This document shows positions 10,282 through 21,564 of a stretch of DNA of 64,000 nt, in pieces; within the stretch, counting starts at the first letter, position 1, and each line of letters starts with the position of its first letter. A model generated the notes under the pieces. That model was given only the letters and a program-made list of their open reading frames with translations. It searched no databases and was not told the origin of the DNA. The DNA comes from Alphaproteobacteria bacterium (lineage in GTDB: Bacteria > Pseudomonadota > Alphaproteobacteria > SMXQ01): positions 23,212 to 87,211 of the forward strand of contig DASYCO010000057.1 of the NCBI GenBank assembly GCA_036500145.1, written 5' to 3'. Both the position numbers and the translations under genes were made by a program.

Positions 10282-10470
10282 CGTGGGTCTCCCGGGCGAG
10301 AGGCGGCCAATAGGCGGTCAGCGTACGACGACGGTCGCCGGATCATAGCGCGACGGCCCTGATGGCGGGAGGGGAACGGGTGCCGGATCGCTCTCCCTTC
10401 GGCCGCCCCGGCCCGGGCCGTTTCCGTTCGGAAACGTGACGGTTACCTCTTTCAACCGAAACTAGATATC

Positions 10471-11783
<1,313 letters not shown>

Positions 11784-11847
11784 TTCGACCGCCGCGCTTC
11801 GGCGCGGCGGAGTAGCGTACGCCGTGCCTTCGCTTATCGATCGCGCC

Positions 11848-11925
11848 GATCTTCTCGATGGGCGCTTTTTTCTTCGCAAACCAAGACTTGGCCCGCCGCG
11901 TCAAACCGGCGGGCCTTTTTTATGC
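11848..11925. terminator. Two tandem rho-independent terminators downstream of ccrM
   Basis: GCGCCgatcttctcgatgGGCGCttttttcttc and GGCCCGCCgcgtcaaaccGGCGGGCCttttttatg. Confidence 0.55.
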
Positions 11926-12015
11926 GTGCAGCAAGATAGACCCTCGGATTAAGCGCGAGGGTGATGATGGAAATACCTCGCCCTATCCACGCGCGCAGAG
12001 TTCGAGTTTCTTAAA

Positions 12016-12046
12016 CCGTCACCCTCGGGCTTGACCCGAGGGTCCA
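12016..12046. repeat. REP-like palindromic element (GTCACCCTCGGGCTTGACCCGAGGGT family), left flank of GIY-YIG gene
   Basis: Near-perfect hairpin CCCTCGGG-cttga-CCCGAGGG; further copies at 11941-11966, 12367-12394, 16070-16098, 21369-21397, 21426-21455. Confidence 0.65.
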
Positions 12047-12058
12047 CGGGGCCGCCGC

Positions 12059-12346
12059 CTAGGTGATAATTTGCGGGTAAAGGTCGAGCCAGTCAGGATT
12101 CGACCTTTCAATGAGCGTGATTTTCCAATCGCGGATCCATCGCTTGAGATTCTTCTCGCGCTGGATGGCGGTCTGGATGTCGTCGTATTGCTCGTAATGC
12201 ACGAGCCGCTTCACGCCATAGCGTTTCGTAAATCCATCTATGGCGTCTTCCCGATGCTCGTGAATGCGCCGGACAAGATCGCTGGTCACGCCGACGTATA
12301 GCGTGCCGTTTCTGTCGCTCGCGAGAATGTAGACGTATCCGCCCAT
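12059..12346 (-). CDS. GIY-YIG nuclease family small protein flanked by inverted REP hairpins
   Basis: 95-aa ORF MGGYVYILASDRNGTLYVGVTSDLVRRIHEH (GIY-YIG core); REP copies at 12016-12046 and 12367-12394 in inverted orientation. Confidence 0.75.
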   Translation of the reverse strand: MGGYVYILASDRNGTLYVGVTSDLVRRIHEHREDAIDGFTKRYGVKRLVHYEQYDDIQTAIQREKNLKRWIRDWKITLIERSNPDWLDLYPQIIT

Positions 12347-12366
12347 CGTTGAAGCGCCGGTAAGAT

Positions 12367-12394
12367 GGGCCCTCGGGTCAAGCCCGAGGGTGAC
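12367..12394. repeat. REP-like palindromic element, right flank of GIY-YIG gene
   Basis: CCCTCGGGTCAAGCCCGAGGGTGACG, reverse complement of the left-flank copy. Confidence 0.65.
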
Positions 12395-12440
12395 GATTCA
12401 TAATTAGTCCGTCGCCACGTTGGCCAGCAGGCGCGCGAGC

Positions 12441-13085
12441 TTAGCTGATGGTGGCGAGCAGCTTCGCCACCGGAGCGAAGCTGCGGCGGTGGTGCGGGGT
12501 GACGCCGAGGCGCGCCAGGCCGCTTTGGTGCTCGGCGGTGCCGTAGCCGACGTTGGTGTGCCAGCCGTAGCCGGGATGCGTCTCCGCCAGTTCGCGCATG
12601 GTGCGGTCGCGCGCCACCTTGGCGAGGATCGAGGCGGCGGCGATGGAGAAGCAGAGCGCGTCGCCGCCGATCACGGCGCGGCCGGGACAGGGCAGCGCCG
12701 GATATTTGTTGCCGTCGACCAGCGCCGCCTCGGGCGCCACGGGCAGCGCGTCATGGGCGCGGCGCATGGCGAGGAAGCTCGCCTGCAGGATGTTGATCTC
12801 GTCGATCTCGGCCACGCTGGCCTCGCCGAAGCCGGCCCAGACGGCGGCGCCGAACAGCGCGCGCAGGCTCGCGTCGATGTCCTCGCGCGCCTCGCGGGTC
12901 AGCGCCTTGGAATCGTCGAGCCGGCGCGCTAATTTCTTCGGCAGCAGGGCCACGTCGAGCATCACGGCGACGGCCACCACCGGCCCCGCCCAGGGGCCGC
13001 GGCCGACCTCGTCGATGCCGCAGACGCGCGTGGCGCCATGTTCGCGCATCAGCTCGGTCTCGTGTCGGTAGCTCGGTCTCGGCAT
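12441..13085 (-). CDS. rnhB: Ribonuclease HII
   Basis: CGIDEVGRGPWAGPVVAVAV and DDSKAL motifs; true start may be the internal Met (MREHGATRV). Confidence 0.9.
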   Translation of the reverse strand: MPRPSYRHETELMREHGATRVCGIDEVGRGPWAGPVVAVAVMLDVALLPKKLARRLDDSKALTREAREDIDASLRALFGAAVWAGFGEASVAEIDEINILQASFLAMRRAHDALPVAPEAALVDGNKYPALPCPGRAVIGGDALCFSIAAASILAKVARDRTMRELAETHPGYGWHTNVGYGTAEHQSGLARLGVTPHHRRSFAPVAKLLATIS

Positions 13086-13120
13086 GGGCTTGATGGACTC
13101 GCTCGGAACTCAGACTGTGG

Positions 13121-14419
13121 TCAGTTGCTGCCGTTGCCGTCGCGTTCCTCGCGCCGGCGCTGCAGGCCTTCCTCCGCCGCCACCACGACCTTGGCCATGC
13201 TGGGCGTCTCGCCCGGGGTGAAGAGGGCGCGGAGGATTTCGCGGAAGGATGTAATCCCGATGGCGGCCGCGTCGTCAAGCCTGCGCGCCATGACCATCCA
13301 CAGCGGGCTGACGACCAGGGACAGCGCGATGATGGCGACGGCCATGCGGTGGCCTTCCGGCGTCACCAGCTCGTTGGCGGCGGCCGAGCCGGCGATGACG
13401 AAGGAGAATTCGCCGATCTGGCCCATCACCGTGCCGGCGAGGAAGGCGCGGTTCCACGGCGTGCCGAGCATGCGCAGGATGCCGATGTTCAGCACCGTCT
13501 TGAACAGGGTGACGACGAGCAGCCAGAGCAGCACCGCGCCGATGTTGTCGCGGATGAAGCCGAGGTCGATCAGCAGGCCGATGGAGAGGAAGAACACCAT
13601 CATCAGGATGCTCTGGATCGGCCGCGTCGCCTCGGCCATGGCCTCGCTCTCGCGGCTGTTGCCGATCAGCACGCCGGCGAGGAACGCGCCGTAGGCGGGC
13701 GACAGCCCGATCAGGCCCGAGATGGTGGCGGCGCCGAGGCAGACGGCGAGGGCGGCGAGCGCCCGCAGGTCGTTGTGGCCGGCGAGGCGCTCGATCAGCG
13801 GCAGGCGGATGGTGCCGCTCTTTGCCAGCACGACGAGGAAGCCGATGAGGAAGAGCACGGCGAAGGCGATCTGCGTCATGCCGATCCAGCCGATGCCGCC
13901 CTCACCGGAGAGGTTGCGCACCACCAGCATCATCGGCACCACGGCCAAGTCCTGGGCGATCAGCACGGCGATGGTGAGCCGGCCCGTCTCGCTGTCGACC
14001 TCGCCGATGTCCTCGAGGATCTTGATGGCGACCGCCGTGGAGGAGAGCGCCATGATGAAGCCGCCGACCAGGGCGGCGGTCGGGTTCCAGCCGAGCGCGT
14101 AGGACAGCAGCATGTTGAAGCCGAGTGCGCCGGCGATCTGCAGGGCCATGCAGCCGAGCGCCGTCTTCCACACGCGCATGAAGGAGCGCAGCGGCAGTTC
14201 CATGCCGATGAGGAAGAGCAGCAGCAGCACGCCGATGTCGGCGAGCAGGCTGATGTTGTCGCGTTCCGCGACGAGGCCGAGGACGGAAGGGCCGAGGATG
14301 ACGCCGGCGAGGATGTAGCCGACGATGGCGGGCTGGCGCAGCCAAGTCATGACCATGCCGCACAGCAGCGCGGCAAGACCGACGACGGCGATGGCGATCA
14401 GACCGGCTTCATGGAACAT
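13121..14419 (-). CDS. Monovalent cation:proton antiporter, CPA2 (Kef-type) family
   Basis: Polytopic membrane protein, about 12 TM segments, GYILAGVILGP motif. Confidence 0.75.
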   Translation of the reverse strand: MFHEAGLIAIAVVGLAALLCGMVMTWLRQPAIVGYILAGVILGPSVLGLVAERDNISLLADIGVLLLLFLIGMELPLRSFMRVWKTALGCMALQIAGALGFNMLLSYALGWNPTAALVGGFIMALSSTAVAIKILEDIGEVDSETGRLTIAVLIAQDLAVVPMMLVVRNLSGEGGIGWIGMTQIAFAVLFLIGFLVVLAKSGTIRLPLIERLAGHNDLRALAALAVCLGAATISGLIGLSPAYGAFLAGVLIGNSRESEAMAEATRPIQSILMMVFFLSIGLLIDLGFIRDNIGAVLLWLLVVTLFKTVLNIGILRMLGTPWNRAFLAGTVMGQIGEFSFVIAGSAAANELVTPEGHRMAVAIIALSLVVSPLWMVMARRLDDAAAIGITSFREILRALFTPGETPSMAKVVVAAEEGLQRRREERDGNGSN

Positions 14420-14501
14420 GCTGGGGGAAAAGTAACACGGAGGGTTGCTGGTGCGGGAGAGCAAACCTCAGCAATGTGGCGCAATGGGGGCGCCTTTATT
14501 T

Positions 14502-15803
14502 CTACAGCAGCTTCAACTGGTCCCCCACCCTTGCAGGCCGCTCGAACAGGTCGGTGCGCAGGCCGGCGCCGCGCGGTTCGGCGTTGAAGCCGAGGCGCTT
14601 GGCGGCGAGGTCGAAGCGCTGCTTGATCAGCTCGGCGTAACGGCCCTCGCCGCGCATGCGGCTGCCGAAGTTGGGGTCGTTGAGCTTGCCGCCGCGCGTG
14701 CCCTTGATGAGCGAGAGCACATGCTCGGCCTTCATCGGGTAATGCGCCCACAGCCATTCGGCGAACAGGTCCTTGATCTCGTGCGGCAGGCGCAGCAGCA
14801 CGTAGCCGGCGCGCCGCGCGCCCGCGTCCCAGGCCGCCTCCAGCAACTTTTCCATCTCGGCGTCGTTGAGGCCGGGGATCATCGGCGCGGTCATCACGCC
14901 GCAGGGCACGCCCGCCGCGTTCAGCTCGCGGATCGCCTGCAGGCGCAGGCGCGGCGAGGAGGCGCGCGGCTCCATGTTGCGCGCCAGCTCCGGATCGAGC
15001 GTGGTCAGCGACACGAAGACATGGGCTAGGCCCTTCTTCGCCATCGGCACCAGGATGTCGAGGTCGCGCAGGATGAGCGCCGACTTGGTGACGAAGCCGA
15101 TGGGATGGTTGTAGGCCTGCAGCACCTTGAGGATGCCGCGCGTGATCTCGTGCTTGCGCTCGATCGGCTGGTAGGGGTCGGTGTTGGTGCCCATGGCGAT
15201 CACCTGGCATTTGTAGCCGGGCTTGCGCAGCTCCTCTTCCAGCAGGCGCGGGCCGTCGAACTTGGCGACGAGGCGCGTCTCGAAGTCGAGGCCGGGCGAA
15301 TAGCCGAGATAGGCGTGGGTCGGCCTGGCGAAGCAGTAGATGCAGCCATGCTCGCAGCCGCGATAGGGATTGATCGACTGGGTGAAGGGAATGTCGGGCG
15401 AATCGTTGCGCGCAATGACGCTGCGGCTGGTGTCGCTCTGCACGGTGGTGCGCAGCGGCGGCATCTCCTCGTCCTCGGCGAGGCGCTGGGCGATGTCCCA
15501 GCCGTCGTCGGTCAGGATGCGCGTCTCAGGCTCGAAGCGCCCGGTGGCGTTGCTCACCGCGCCGCGCCCCTTGATGGCGCGGTCGGGCAGCGCCTGGTCG
15601 GGGTCGAGGGCGTCGTTGTCCGATCCGTTTTCCGGTTCGAACGGCGTCGGCTCAAAGGAGGGCTCGAAGGGCGTCGGTTCGAAGGCGGAGGGCTCGAAGG
15701 ACGAATCGGGCGATGGCGCGAAATCGTCGGACGGCGCGGACGCCGAGAGGCTCGCCGGGTGAGGCGCATCCGCGTCGGACGCATGGGGATGATTTTGGGT
15801 CAT
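14502..15803 (-). CDS. Radical SAM protein (PA0069/SplB-like) with N-terminal FEP(S/T)P tandem-repeat tail
   Basis: CEHGCIYCF radical-SAM Cys motif; N-terminus FEPSAFEPTPFEPSFEPTPFEP encoded by ~30-bp tandem DNA repeats at 15600-15740. Confidence 0.7.
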   Translation of the reverse strand: MTQNHPHASDADAPHPASLSASAPSDDFAPSPDSSFEPSAFEPTPFEPSFEPTPFEPENGSDNDALDPDQALPDRAIKGRGAVSNATGRFEPETRILTDDGWDIAQRLAEDEEMPPLRTTVQSDTSRSVIARNDSPDIPFTQSINPYRGCEHGCIYCFARPTHAYLGYSPGLDFETRLVAKFDGPRLLEEELRKPGYKCQVIAMGTNTDPYQPIERKHEITRGILKVLQAYNHPIGFVTKSALILRDLDILVPMAKKGLAHVFVSLTTLDPELARNMEPRASSPRLRLQAIRELNAAGVPCGVMTAPMIPGLNDAEMEKLLEAAWDAGARRAGYVLLRLPHEIKDLFAEWLWAHYPMKAEHVLSLIKGTRGGKLNDPNFGSRMRGEGRYAELIKQRFDLAAKRLGFNAEPRGAGLRTDLFERPARVGDQLKLL

Positions 15804-16069
15804 GGCGCGAGGCTAGTCGCGTCATAAGAACAAATCAAGAACAAGAGTCGCAGTCCTGAGTTCCCCGTTGGAAGTGCAGGGTTTTTTCCTCACATCGTCA
15901 TGCCCGGGCTTGGCCGGGCATCCACGCCTCGCGATGCCCCCGTAAGAAGGCGTGGATGGCCGGGCCAAGTCCGGCCATGACGGAGGAAAGGAGCGAAGGC
16001 CTGAGCGACGGTCATGGCGAGGGAAGGAGGGCGTCTCAGCGCGGGCGGCATGATCGGCGAAATCGGCGC

Positions 16070-16098
16070 TTCCGCCGAGGGACCCTCGGGTCAAGCGC
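16070..16098. repeat. REP-like palindromic element copy
   Basis: GGACCCTCGGGTCAAGCGCGAGGGTGATG. Confidence 0.6.
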
Positions 16099-16226
16099 GA
16101 GGGTGATGCAGGAGATGGGGCGCGCTCACTCTCTTGTCATGTCTGCGGTCATGACAGGGGCGTCGTGCTTCGCCATAGTGCGCCACGGCCTTTTCGCCGC
16201 CCCGTTGATGACCCTCCGGAGCCCCG

Positions 16227-17129
16227 ATGACCAAGACCGACTTTCCGCCCACGCCAGATCTCCGTCCGCATGCCGCCGCCATGCCGCGCCCTTGGCGCGC
16301 GCGCCTGGCCGACGCCGCCGAAAGCGTCGGCGTGCAGCGCGCCATCACGGCGCTGATCGTCCTCAACGCCGTCATCCTCGGCCTGGAGACCTCGCCCTCC
16401 GCCATGGCCGCCGCCGGGCCCTGGCTCGCCTGGCTCGATTTCGCGATCCTGCTGGTCTTCGTCGCCGAGTTGGCGTCGAAGATGGTTGGGCGCGGCCTCG
16501 CCTTCTTCCGCAACGGCTGGAACCTCTTCGACCTCGCCGTGGTCGGCATCGCCCTGGCGCCGGCGAGCGGCGCGCTCTCGGTGCTGCGGGCGCTGCGCAT
16601 CCTGCGCGTGCTGCGCCTCGTCTCCGTCGTGCCGTCGCTGCGCCGCGTCGTCGCCTCGCTGGTCAGCGCCATTCCCGGCCTCGGCGCCATCTCCGGCGTG
16701 CTGCTGCTGTTCTTCTACGTCAGCGCCGTGCTGGCGACGAAGCTCTACGGCGGGACCACGCCGGAGCTGTTCGGCAGCATAGGCGGCTCGATGTTCACCC
16801 TGTTCCAGATCATGACGCTGGAAGGCTGGGCCGACATCGTGCGCGAGATCATGGAGCCGCAGCCACTCGCCTGGCTGTTCTTCATCCCCTTCATCCTGGT
16901 GGCAACCTTCACCATGCTGAACCTGTTCATCGCCATCATCGTCAACGCCATGCAGAGCGAGCACGAGGCGGAACAGCGCGCCGAGATGGCCGCCATCGAG
17001 AAGGCGTCGCAGGAGGAGACGGCGACCATCGGCGCCCAGATCGCCGGGCTCGGCGGCGAGCTGGGCAAGATGCGCGGCGAGCTCGCCGACATGCGCCGCG
17101 AGATGAAGGCGCTGTTGGCAAAAGCCTGA
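16227..17129 (+). CDS. Single-domain voltage-gated cation channel (BacNav/NaChBac-like), filter TLEGWAD
   Basis: 300-aa ORF; S4 voltage sensor LRALRILRVLRLVSVVPSLRRV; pore FTLFQIMTLEGWADIV; C-terminal coiled coil. Confidence 0.8.
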   Translation: MTKTDFPPTPDLRPHAAAMPRPWRARLADAAESVGVQRAITALIVLNAVILGLETSPSAMAAAGPWLAWLDFAILLVFVAELASKMVGRGLAFFRNGWNLFDLAVVGIALAPASGALSVLRALRILRVLRLVSVVPSLRRVVASLVSAIPGLGAISGVLLLFFYVSAVLATKLYGGTTPELFGSIGGSMFTLFQIMTLEGWADIVREIMEPQPLAWLFFIPFILVATFTMLNLFIAIIVNAMQSEHEAEQRAEMAAIEKASQEETATIGAQIAGLGGELGKMRGELADMRREMKALLAKA

Positions 17130-17178
17130 GGCGCGTAAGCTTGGCCTATGAAGCCGGGGCGAACAGGGGAGAGGCGGC

Positions 17179-18756
17179 ATGGCGGGCGAGACGGAGATCT
17201 TCATCGGGCTCGGCGGCGGCCAGCGCCAGACGCTGAGCCTGCGCCGCGCCAACCGCCACGGCCTGATCGCCGGCGCCACGGGCACCGGCAAGACGGTGAC
17301 GCTGCAGGGCCTGGCCGAAAGCTTCTCCGCCGCCGGCGTTCCGGTCTTCGTCGCCGACGTGAAGGGGGACCTCGCCGGCCTCGCCATGGCCGGCTCGCCG
17401 ACCGCGAAGGCGCATGACGCCTTCGTCGCCCGCGCCAAGGAGATCGGCCTCGACGACTACAGCTACGCCGACAGCCCGGCGATCTTCTGGGACCTGTTCG
17501 GCAAGCAGGGCCATCCCATCCGAACCACCGTCTCGGAGATGGGGCCGCTGCTGCTGTCGCGGCTGATGAACCTCAACGAGACGCAGGAGGGCGTGCTCAG
17601 CATCGCCTTCCGCTATGCCGACGAGGAAGGTCTGCTGCTGCTCGACCTCGCCGACCTGCAGGCGATGCTTGCCCATGTCGCGGAGAACGCCGCCGCGCTG
17701 TCGGCGAAATACGGCAACGTCACCAAGGCGAGCGTCGGCACGATCCAGCGCCAGCTCCTGCAGCTCGATTCGCAGGGCGGCGGGCTGTTCTTCGGCGAGC
17801 CAGCGCTCGAGATCGGCGACTTCCTGCAGCTCGACGAGCAGGGGCGCGGCTACGTCAACGTGCTCGCCGCCGACAAGCTGATGCAGAGCCCGAAGCTCTA
17901 CGCCACCTTCCTGCTCTGGCTGCTGTCGGAGCTGTTCGAGACGCTGCCCGAGGTGGGCGACCCCGACAAGCCCAAGCTCGCCTTCTTCTTCGACGAGGCG
18001 CATCTCCTGTTCGAGGACGCGCCGAAGGCCCTGGAGGACAAGATCGAGCAGGTCGTGCGCCTGATCCGCTCGAAAGGCGTCGGCGTCTACTTCGTCACCC
18101 AGAATCCGATCGACATTCCCGAGAAGGTCGCGGCCCAGCTCGGCAACCGGGTCCAGCACGCATTGCGCGCCTTCACGCCGCGCGACCAGAAGGCGATCAA
18201 GGCAGCGTCCGAAACCTTCCGCATCAATCCCGCGCTCGACGTCGCCGCCGTCATCACCGAGCTGAAGATCGGCGAGGCGCTGGTCTCGACCCTGATGGAG
18301 GATGGTTCGCCTTCGGTCGTGCAGCGCACCTTGGTCAAGCCGCCGCGCTCGCGCGTCGGCCCCTTGAGCGAGAAGGAGCGGGCGATCATCCGCTCGGTCT
18401 CGCCGGTCGAGGGGAAGTACGACCATCCGGTCGACCGCGAATCGGCGGCGGAAATATTGATGGCGCGCGGCCAGGAGGCCGCTGCCGCGGCGGTCGCGGC
18501 GAAGGCCGACAAGGAAGCCGACCGGGCCGCCGCCGAGCGCGCCAAGCTCGAGGCGAAGCAGCGCGAGGCGGACTTGAGGGAGCAGGAGCGCCGGGCGCGG
18601 GCGGAGCGCGCCGCGGCCGCGCGGCCTTCCGTGGCGGAAAAGATGGCGACGACGGCAGCGCGTTCGGTCGCCAGCTCGCTCGGCCGCCAGGTCGCCAACG
18701 AGCTCGGCCGCTCGCTGGTGCGCGGCGTGCTCGGCGGCCTGTTCAGGGGACGCTGA
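17179..18756 (+). CDS. HerA-like helicase domain / DUF853 (YjgR-type) ATPase
   Basis: Walker [16 protein letters not shown] Walker B-like, C-terminal charged low-complexity tail. Confidence 0.75.
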   Translation: MAGETEIFIGLGGGQRQTLSLRRANRHGLIAGATGTGKTVTLQGLAESFSAAGVPVFVADVKGDLAGLAMAGSPTAKAHDAFVARAKEIGLDDYSYADSPAIFWDLFGKQGHPIRTTVSEMGPLLLSRLMNLNETQEGVLSIAFRYADEEGLLLLDLADLQAMLAHVAENAAALSAKYGNVTKASVGTIQRQLLQLDSQGGGLFFGEPALEIGDFLQLDEQGRGYVNVLAADKLMQSPKLYATFLLWLLSELFETLPEVGDPDKPKLAFFFDEAHLLFEDAPKALEDKIEQVVRLIRSKGVGVYFVTQNPIDIPEKVAAQLGNRVQHALRAFTPRDQKAIKAASETFRINPALDVAAVITELKIGEALVSTLMEDGSPSVVQRTLVKPPRSRVGPLSEKERAIIRSVSPVEGKYDHPVDRESAAEILMARGQEAAAAAVAAKADKEADRAAAERAKLEAKQREADLREQERRARAERAAAARPSVAEKMATTAARSVASSLGRQVANELGRSLVRGVLGGLFRGR

Positions 18757-18761
18757 GGCGG

Positions 18762-19304
18762 CTAGGCCGTCGCCTTCTTCACGTGCTCCTGCAGGCGCGG
18801 CATGAGCTGCACCAGGTTGCAGGGGCGGAAGCGCGAGTCGAGCTGGGTCTTCATGATCTCCCAGCCGTCCTTGCAGGCCGAGGGCGAGCCGGGCAGGGCG
18901 AAGAGATAGGTGCCGCCGGCGAGGCCCGCCGTGGCGCGCGACTGGATCGTCGAGGTGCCGATCTTCTGGTAGCTCAGCATGCGGAACAGCTCGCCGAAGC
19001 CGTCGATCTTCTTTTCATAGATCGCCTCGAAGGCCTCGGGCGTCACGTCGCGCCCTGTCAGGCCGGTGCCGCCGGTGGCGATCACCACGTCGACGTTCGG
19101 GTCGGCGATCCATTGCTTCAGCTTGGCGGTGATCTCGCCGACGTCGTCATGCACGATGTCGCGCGCGGCGAGCCTGTGGCCGGCCTCGATCAGGCGGCTC
19201 TGCAGCACGTCGCCCGATTCGTCGTCCTTCGGACGGCGCGAGTCGGACACCGTGAGGACGGCGATGTTGACGGGAATGAGGGTGCGGGTTTCGTCGATGG
19301 CCAT
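18762..19304 (-). CDS. moaB: Molybdenum cofactor biosynthesis protein B (MoaB/MogA family)
   Basis: 180-aa ORF with GGTGLTGRD motif. Confidence 0.8.
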   Translation of the reverse strand: MAIDETRTLIPVNIAVLTVSDSRRPKDDESGDVLQSRLIEAGHRLAARDIVHDDVGEITAKLKQWIADPNVDVVIATGGTGLTGRDVTPEAFEAIYEKKIDGFGELFRMLSYQKIGTSTIQSRATAGLAGGTYLFALPGSPSACKDGWEIMKTQLDSRFRPCNLVQLMPRLQEHVKKATA

Positions 19305-19405
19305 GATGGGCGGATGTTACGCCCGGGCGGGCCAGCCGTCAAAACGCGCGGCGCGCTTTCAAGGGCGTCATCAGGTTGCCGTTGCGCAACCTGGTTGCCG
19401 GCGCG

Positions 19406-21166
19406 TTACTCGCCGGCGTCGAGGGTGTCGAGGACGCCCATGCTGCCGGGCGGCGGGCCCATCTGGTCGAGGGCGGCGCGGTTGAGGGCGTCGGCCTCGC
19501 TCGGGGCGTCGGCGCCGTCGCGGGGCGCTTCGGCGATGCGCACGTCGCCGTCGTCCAGGCCGTCGAGGGCGGAATACATCGGCCAGCCGCCGCTGGCCAG
19601 CGCCGCCAGCGAGTCGTTCGCCTGGCCGAGGCGCATGCGGTAGATCCACAGGTTCGCCATGACGCGCTCGACGAAGATGCGCGATTCGCGCGACGGCACG
19701 CTTTCGATGAACAGCAGCGGATCGTCTTCGCCGTTGGTCTTCTTGACCCACTTGGCGAGGTTGCCCGGGCCGCCGTTGTAGGCGACGGCGAGCATGATCA
19801 GGTTGTTGCCGACCGACGGGTCGGCGAGCAGGTGGCGGATGTAGCGCTGGCCGAGCGAGATGTTGGTCTCCGGCTCGAACAGGCGGTCCTTGTTGTTGCC
19901 GCGGAAGCGCTCGCCCTCGGACATGAAGCTGGCGGTGGCCGGCATCAGCTGCATCAGGCCGCTGGCGCCGACGGGGCTGCGCGCGCGGGTGTTGAAGGCC
20001 GATTCCTGACGCATCACGGCGAAGATCAGCGCGCGGTCGACGTCGTAGCCCTCGGGCGGACGCCAGCCCGGCACGGGATAGATCGCGGCATCGCGGAAGG
20101 CGCCGTCGCCGTCGGTCGAGAAGGCGTTGCCGAGGCGCAAGGCCAGGTTCGGCATGTTGGCGCGGCCGGCGAGCGCCAGGGCGGCGCGCGTCGCGGCGGC
20201 CGGCGCGTTGCCGAGGGTGGAAAGCTCCTGTTCGGCGCGGTCGCTGTCGCCGATCTGCAGCAGGGCGGCGGCGCGCTTGCCGGCGGGGATCTGCAGCAGG
20301 GCGGCGAGGTCGCGGGATTCCAGCGGCGGCGTGCGCAGGTCGAGGTCGGGATCGAGGCCGAGGCTCTCGCGCGCGATCAGGCCGTAGAAGGTGCGGGAAT
20401 AGCGCGCGGCCTCCTCGAGCCAGGCCGTCACCTTCTGCGGCTGGCGGGCGAGCATGTTGGAGCGGGCGGCCCAGTAGGCGCCGGCGGACAGCACCCAGGG
20501 CGACGCCTTGGGCGTGCGGGCGATGCCTTCGAAGCCCTTGGCGGCGACCGCGTACTGGCCCTTGCGGAAGGCGTCGAGCGCCGCGTTCCACGGCTTGGCC
20601 GGCGGCTCGACGACGCCGCCGAAGATGGAATAGGGGATCGTCGTGCTCGGCGTGCCGGTCGGGGCCTTGGGCGGCACGCCCTTGGCCGGCTTCTTCTTGA
20701 GCGCCAGGGCGTAGATGCGCTTGGCGTCGGCATGGTCGCCGTATTCGGCGAGCCATTTGGACAGCTCGACGTAGGTCGTCTTGTAGCGCGGCGACAGGTA
20801 GCGCTGGGCCTCGACGTAGCCCATCAGCGACTTGTCGCGCAGCGCGGCGACCAGCTTGTCGGCCTGCGGGAAATGGCCGTCGTCCTGGAGGTCGAAAATC
20901 TGTTCGTAGCGCGCGGCGTCCGCCGACGACAGGACATCCGGCAGCTCGCCCGGCGCCAGCTGATCGGCGGCCACGGAAGGCGAAGCCGCGCGGCCCGGCT
21001 CGCTGGCAAGCGCGCTGGTTGGCGAGGTCAGGGCAGTGAAGGAGAGGAGCGAGAAAGCCCCGGCGGCCAAAATGGCCTTCAGGGTTCGGTTGGCGCTGTG
21101 AATCCCGCTGATGGAGCGTTGGGGACACATAACACGCTGGCTGGGGTGGTTCGCCGCCTCAGTCAT
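19406..21166 (-). CDS. Soluble lytic murein transglycosylase (SLT domain), periplasmic
   Basis: Signal peptide; catalytic motif RQESAFN ... SGLMQLMP ... AYNGG. Confidence 0.75.
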   Translation of the reverse strand: MTEAANHPSQRVMCPQRSISGIHSANRTLKAILAAGAFSLLSFTALTSPTSALASEPGRAASPSVAADQLAPGELPDVLSSADAARYEQIFDLQDDGHFPQADKLVAALRDKSLMGYVEAQRYLSPRYKTTYVELSKWLAEYGDHADAKRIYALALKKKPAKGVPPKAPTGTPSTTIPYSIFGGVVEPPAKPWNAALDAFRKGQYAVAAKGFEGIARTPKASPWVLSAGAYWAARSNMLARQPQKVTAWLEEAARYSRTFYGLIARESLGLDPDLDLRTPPLESRDLAALLQIPAGKRAAALLQIGDSDRAEQELSTLGNAPAAATRAALALAGRANMPNLALRLGNAFSTDGDGAFRDAAIYPVPGWRPPEGYDVDRALIFAVMRQESAFNTRARSPVGASGLMQLMPATASFMSEGERFRGNNKDRLFEPETNISLGQRYIRHLLADPSVGNNLIMLAVAYNGGPGNLAKWVKKTNGEDDPLLFIESVPSRESRIFVERVMANLWIYRMRLGQANDSLAALASGGWPMYSALDGLDDGDVRIAEAPRDGADAPSEADALNRAALDQMGPPPGSMGVLDTLDAGE

Positions 21167-21368
21167 GGGATGGTTCTTACCGGAAGCTCGCAGGTGGGGG
21201 CAAGCATGGTTACTGCCTGGTATTTATTAAAAACCTATAAAAGCTGTGGACGAATGGAAATAAGTAAGGAATTTCAATGGGTATATTTATGACCCCAAGG
21301 CGGCACCGATAGCCAGATGCGACGTTGACTCCGCCGAATCCTCCCTCGTTACCTTCGATTCCCAAACG

Positions 21369-21455
21369 CCGTCACCCTCGGGCTTGGCCCGAGGGTCCAG
21401 GGTCGGCGCTCAGGTGATTGGGGATGGACCCTCGGGCCAAGCCCGAGGGTGACGG
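21369..21455. repeat. Pair of REP-like palindromic elements in inverted orientation (BIME-like)
   Basis: cGTCACCCTCGGGCTTGGCCCGAGGGTcc ... ggACCCTCGGGCCAAGCCCGAGGGTGACgg. Confidence 0.65.
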
Positions 21456-21564
21456 TTGAGAAGGGAAAATTTAGGAGGCTGGGGCGGGGGCGATGCCGAG
21501 CTCTTCCATCTTCCCGGCGACGGAGAGGAGGTCGCGCCCCGGCGCGCGGCAGCGCGGCAAAGAC

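Noticed and set aside
10380-10470. CtrA box at the ccrM promoter
   Set aside because: Only imperfect TTAC-N7-AACC and GTAACC half-sites were seen, no consensus TTAA-N7-TTAAC, so it is not called as a feature.
19376-21292. 638-aa plus-strand ORF
   Set aside because: Antisense shadow of the SLT transglycosylase gene.
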